Shown here piece by piece: positions 63,800 through 64,000 of a DNA stretch of 64,000 bases. A program made the translations under genes and the position numbers. The stretch is from contig RQSC01001302.1 of the NCBI GenBank assembly GCA_013416795.1, forward strand, positions 114,217 to 178,216, given 5' to 3'. Position 1 is the first letter of the stretch. Every line of letters begins with the position of its first letter. The notes below the pieces were generated by a model. It was not told the DNA's origin. It did not search any database and saw only the letters and a list, made by a program, of their open reading frames with translations. This stretch comes from Prasinococcaceae sp. CCMP 1430. Taxonomy: Eukaryota > Plantae > Prasinodermophyta.

Positions 63800-64000
63800 T
63801 CACAACCCCGACGATCCGAGCGGCCCGCAGCGCCGCCGCGCGCCCCCGCGCGACGCGAATTTCGAAAAGACGCGGTTCGGACGCATGCGCGCGAGTGTGC
63901 GAGTCTGCGGACCGGCGGCGGTGCGGCGCGCCTCCGCGCGCGTTTTTCGCGCGCCTGCGCGCCTGCGCACTCCCTCCTCCTCTCCGGCGCGCGGCGCGCC

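Noticed and set aside
1-64000. Hundreds of long Ala/Arg/Gly/Pro-rich ORFs on alternative frames and strands
   Set aside because: Expected shadow ORFs at ~70% GC because stop codons are scarce. They have no motifs and overlap confidently identified genes.

Overview
Gene-dense, very GC-rich (about 70% by eye) eukaryotic nuclear DNA. It has short GT-AG introns (donors GTGCGT/GTGCGC/GTGAG, branch-like GCTGAC), TGTAA polyadenylation signals and organelle transit peptides, which together point to a compact green-algal (prasinophyte-grade) genome; that assignment is an inference. About 30 protein-coding genes are recognisable: class 3 lipase, 3-dehydroquinate synthase, (6-4) photolyase/animal-like cryptochrome, aldo-keto reductase, VPS33, PDI-like, MDR oxidoreductase, COQ6, PCIF1/CAPAM, dynein light chain, cyclophilin, P2B Ca2+-ATPase, mS33, SCP phosphatase, KDM4-like, BBOF1, OGFOD2, SET and METTL21-type methyltransferases, UPF0193/EVG1, an OTP51-like LAGLIDADG protein, a sulfotransferase-like protein, RPS16, an RRM protein, a P4-ATPase and RIC1. 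Most of the many supplied ORFs are GC-driven shadow frames. The draft assembly has five single-N joins and one 610-N gap, several of which truncate genes. No rRNA, tRNA, CRISPR or intact transposon was found. The main second-look items are a hidden AT-rich chloroplast psbA 5' fragment at about 52.1 kb, a nuclear-encoded and apparently catalytically degenerate double LAGLIDADG protein, a 12-Cys ~160-aa insertion in the Ca2+ pump, an algal cap m6Am methyltransferase and a KDM4-CW fusion. I see no demonstrable new multi-gene system. All family calls come from motif recognition, not database searches.
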